Assembly (NCBI GenBank): GCA_973895155.1
Contig: OZ316891.1
Span: 30,821,112-30,885,111, forward strand
Direction: 5' to 3'
DNA: 64,000 nt
Origin: Marsupella aquatica
Taxonomy: Eukaryota > Plantae > Marchantiophyta
Both the position numbers and the translations under genes were made by a program. Of this stretch, positions 60,963 to 64,000 are shown in pieces; position 1 is the stretch's first letter, and the number at the start of each line of letters is the position of its first letter. Below the pieces are notes generated by a model. The model ran no database searches. It saw only the letters and a list, made by a program, of their open reading frames with translations, and was not told where the DNA came from.

Positions 60963-62254
60963 TATACAGTAAAGTCTGCCTTTGAAGTTGAGGGGATCTG
61001 TTCTCCCAATGCTAGTATTTTCTAGAATGGACACTTTGCGAGGAGTTGTTTTGTGCTGAATTGTACTGATCGGTAATTTGATCGCGGGTGAAAAAGAAAA
61101 CGAAGAAAAAGGCGATGGGTAACTGTTGTTGCACTGGAACTCTTCGTAATGAGTTTTTTATCAAAGGGCTGGCGCTTTTGATGTTGACTTGAAGCGAGGC
61201 GAGGCAGTCTTTCAGAGAAATTTGGTCGAAATTAGAGCGAGAACAACTGTAGTCGGTTGTTACAGGACTGAATGAGAAATGTAACTGATGTGACGGAGTG
61301 TCAGGAAGTTAGCAGAGTATGACTTCACTGAGGTCAAGGGGCACAAGCAGCACATTCCAGCCGGGCAATTGCCTTCATTTGCACCTTCCTAGCAGCAGGT
61401 GACTGAATGCAACAACTTCATCCTCAGACTGAAGAATATCTGAAGGCATGCAACGCATTTCACTCGATCAGTTGTCTTAATTGGAGTAGAGCTATGTCAA
61501 CAGGGTCATAGGCACTGCCCATTACACCAGAGTGTGGGCGAGTGTGGACAGATGAGTGCTTACTTTCGATGAATAACATCGTTCATCTCTTCTCCGACAT
61601 CACCCTCCTAGGTACGTGCAGGGCAGCGCAACGATTGACAAGGAACTAATTTGCCTCCAGTCCTTCCCTGCAGTATCAAATACTTGACCAACACCAAAGG
61701 TCCATTATTGAAACTTGGTAATGTGAGTCTGTAACTCGTGAGATCAATGGACTAGTAACGACGTAGTTTAGTCAAACTCACGTGAGGATTGATCCTATTG
61801 CTAAGGAAGTGTTCCCTCTTCTTGCATTGGACTAACGATTAATGAGTCGTCTTCCACCTGTCTAGATTTTACCTTTGTTCTCCCTCAATTCACTACTTTT
61901 TCAACTTTCATACCTCTCTTTGAAGCATTATTATACAGAAGAACTACAGAACCGTCCCAACGATTCGTATACTTTGATTGCAAGACATTTCGATTGGCTC
62001 AGCAAGTGCTTGAATAATTGTCAAACTCAATCTGCCCAATGAATCCTTCGAAATGGAGGCCGACCATAGTTGGTGTTTCATTGTCATAGTAGACTTTCAC
62101 TGAGACGGAACTGATTTACCTCCAGTCCTTCCCTTCTCAGAAGACCCCAAACAACTTATGTCTGAGAATGGTCTCTCTACCACACTGGACAAGCATAGGA
62201 TGGAAACCTGAAATTCAGGTGATTTTAAGTAATTGTGGCAGTAGAACCTGCCTC

Positions 62255-62460
62255 TGTATCAATCTTCAGTAGTACAGAACAGCTCAAATTACATACATGA
62301 CCTCACACTAGTCGTGACTCCATTGTGTATCAAAATCCTCAGTAAAGAATAGCTTACAGGACCTCATATGAGTCGTTTCTCCATTGTGTATCTCTCCTCA
62401 GTAGTATGGAATAGCTTACATTACATACAGGACCTCATATTGGTCATGACTCCATTCTGC
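62255..62460. repeat. Diverged ~65-75 bp tandem repeat, about 3 copies
   Basis: TCAGTA...AATAGCT...ACAGGACCTCATA...GTCGTGACTCCATTGTGTATC units. Confidence 0.7.
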
Positions 62461-63489
62461 TGCCTCCTCACTGGGAAGTTCAGAACCGTGTAAAACCTTC
62501 TGAAGAATGTTTGAATCTGTACGTAGTGGGCAAGCCTCACACAGCTTGTTGACATCCGATGACTTGTTGCTCTTAATATTTTATGAGCTTATTCAGATCC
62601 TAATGAACTTCGAAAGCTAGGGATTCCACTAAACGTAAGTCCTTGCTTTGCACTTTGGCAGTTAAGTCGTTCAATATCGAGCCATTCCATTCTGAATTGC
62701 TCGTCCAGCAGGTCAGGAGTGGTACGAATTAGGATGCAGTTGAATCAGCGGAATGCATAAAGCTCATTAGAATCAATCAGCTCCAGAACTGGATGGCTCG
62801 ATCCCATTTACGTCTAGGGGAAGGTGACTGACAAAGCCATGCAGCTGGTAAGGCCAGGGGAGAATCTTGTGAATGGAAACCTTGGCCTTGTCAATGGAAA
62901 CTGGTAATTAGAGCTGAACTGAGGGTTATCCGGTGGAAATTAGAACACGCAATCCATGATGCTGTGTGGGTCATCTCTTACGAGAACAGATCCATCACCG
63001 TAGTTTTCCTTTCAAAGAAATATTCATAGCCTCCTCCTGGATTTGACAATCAGTCAAAACAAACCTGCCATGCTTCTCTGCACTGGAAACTTTGGAAATG
63101 CACAATGAGTGTTATGAAACGACTGACAATGGACACAAGCAAACAGCAGCACGGGTTTCGTTCATCCATGCTTGAACCCAATACAGTCTAACAACTTCTT
63201 CAACGAATTCAAAGGAATCGTATCACACGCTCGTGTAAACGTAATCAAATCAACTAACTGTGGCAATCTGAGACCAAGAAACCAAATATAAGCCAAATAA
63301 CACGTGCAAAACCTTTAAATATCAGGAGGGTCTGACTCCCACTCTTCAGTTCACGCGTTTTGGAAGATTCTCGCGTGTGTTGTGTTCCTGGTGGAGAGTT
63401 CGAGGGCTCTGCAGACATACACCCACAAAACGGTACTAGGGTTCTCCGCTCTTGCTCTGTGCATGCACCTGCAATATCATCCGTCTCGT

Positions 63490-63843
63490 TCTGTTCGAGA
63501 TTCCTGCCAACGAGTGCTAAAGCCAGTGAGAAAGCAAGCGTGGGAGGGAGAAGGTCACTTCGAAGCGATCGCCACTGTTCGAGACTGCTGCCAGCAATCT
63601 CACAAGGCCAGTGAGCGAGAAAGCAAGTGTGGGAGGGAGAAGGACATCTCGAAGCGATCGCTAGTCTGTTCGAGACTGCTGCCAGCGATCTCACAAGGCC
63701 ACTGAGCGAGAAAGCAAGCGTGTGGAGGGAGAAGGACACTTTGAAGCGATCTTCATTCTGTTCGAGATTGCTGCCAGCGATTCACAAGGCCAGTGAGTGA
63801 GAAAGCAAGCGTGGGGAGGGAGAAGGACATTTCGAAGCGATCT
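63490..63843. repeat. ~91-bp tandem repeat, about 4 copies
   Basis: GAGAAAGCAAG anchors at 63528, 63617, 63708 and 63799. Confidence 0.9.
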
Positions 63844-64000
63844 GTTTGCGGTGTGATTATTGTTTTTCGTACGTGTGTTGAGTGAGCTACGAGAACATGC
63901 TCGACTTTGTTTTGCTCATTTTGTTTCTCATCTTCGTGTTCCGTATCGTTGCGTCGGGGCTTCAAAAGCAGCCACGAGAAGGAGGTGCGTCGGGATCAGC

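Noticed and set aside
63254-63965. ORFs of 161, 107, 84 and 70 aa at the window end
   Set aside because: They overlap the 91-bp tandem array and have no recognisable motifs.

Overview
Eukaryotic land-plant nuclear DNA, probably from a non-seed plant such as a bryophyte; this is inferred only from gene families, the GT-AG intron style and the TE content. There are three intron-containing genes, each reconstructed by hand exon by exon with consistent splice phases: a NACK1/HINKEL-type kinesin-7 (674-7028, +), an ankyrin-repeat plus PH-domain protein (33181-36291, -) and mitochondrial NADPH:adrenodoxin/ferredoxin reductase (56293-60962, +). The long intergenic regions are TE-rich. They contain a complete, apparently very young Ty1/copia element (16293-22862, -; two 457-bp LTRs that look identical, TGATA TSD, tRNA-Met PBS, PPT), an old solo LTR of the same family, several MITE families (9-10 bp, 8 bp, ATT and TA TSDs), Helitron-like and CACTA-like remnants, and many tandem duplications. 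The most striking observation is in the copia element: gag and pol lie in the same frame separated by a single UGA, followed by a predicted hairpin/H-type pseudoknot. This is a candidate stop-codon-readthrough recoding signal, unusual for plant copia elements. All alignments and folds were done by eye; no database search was run.
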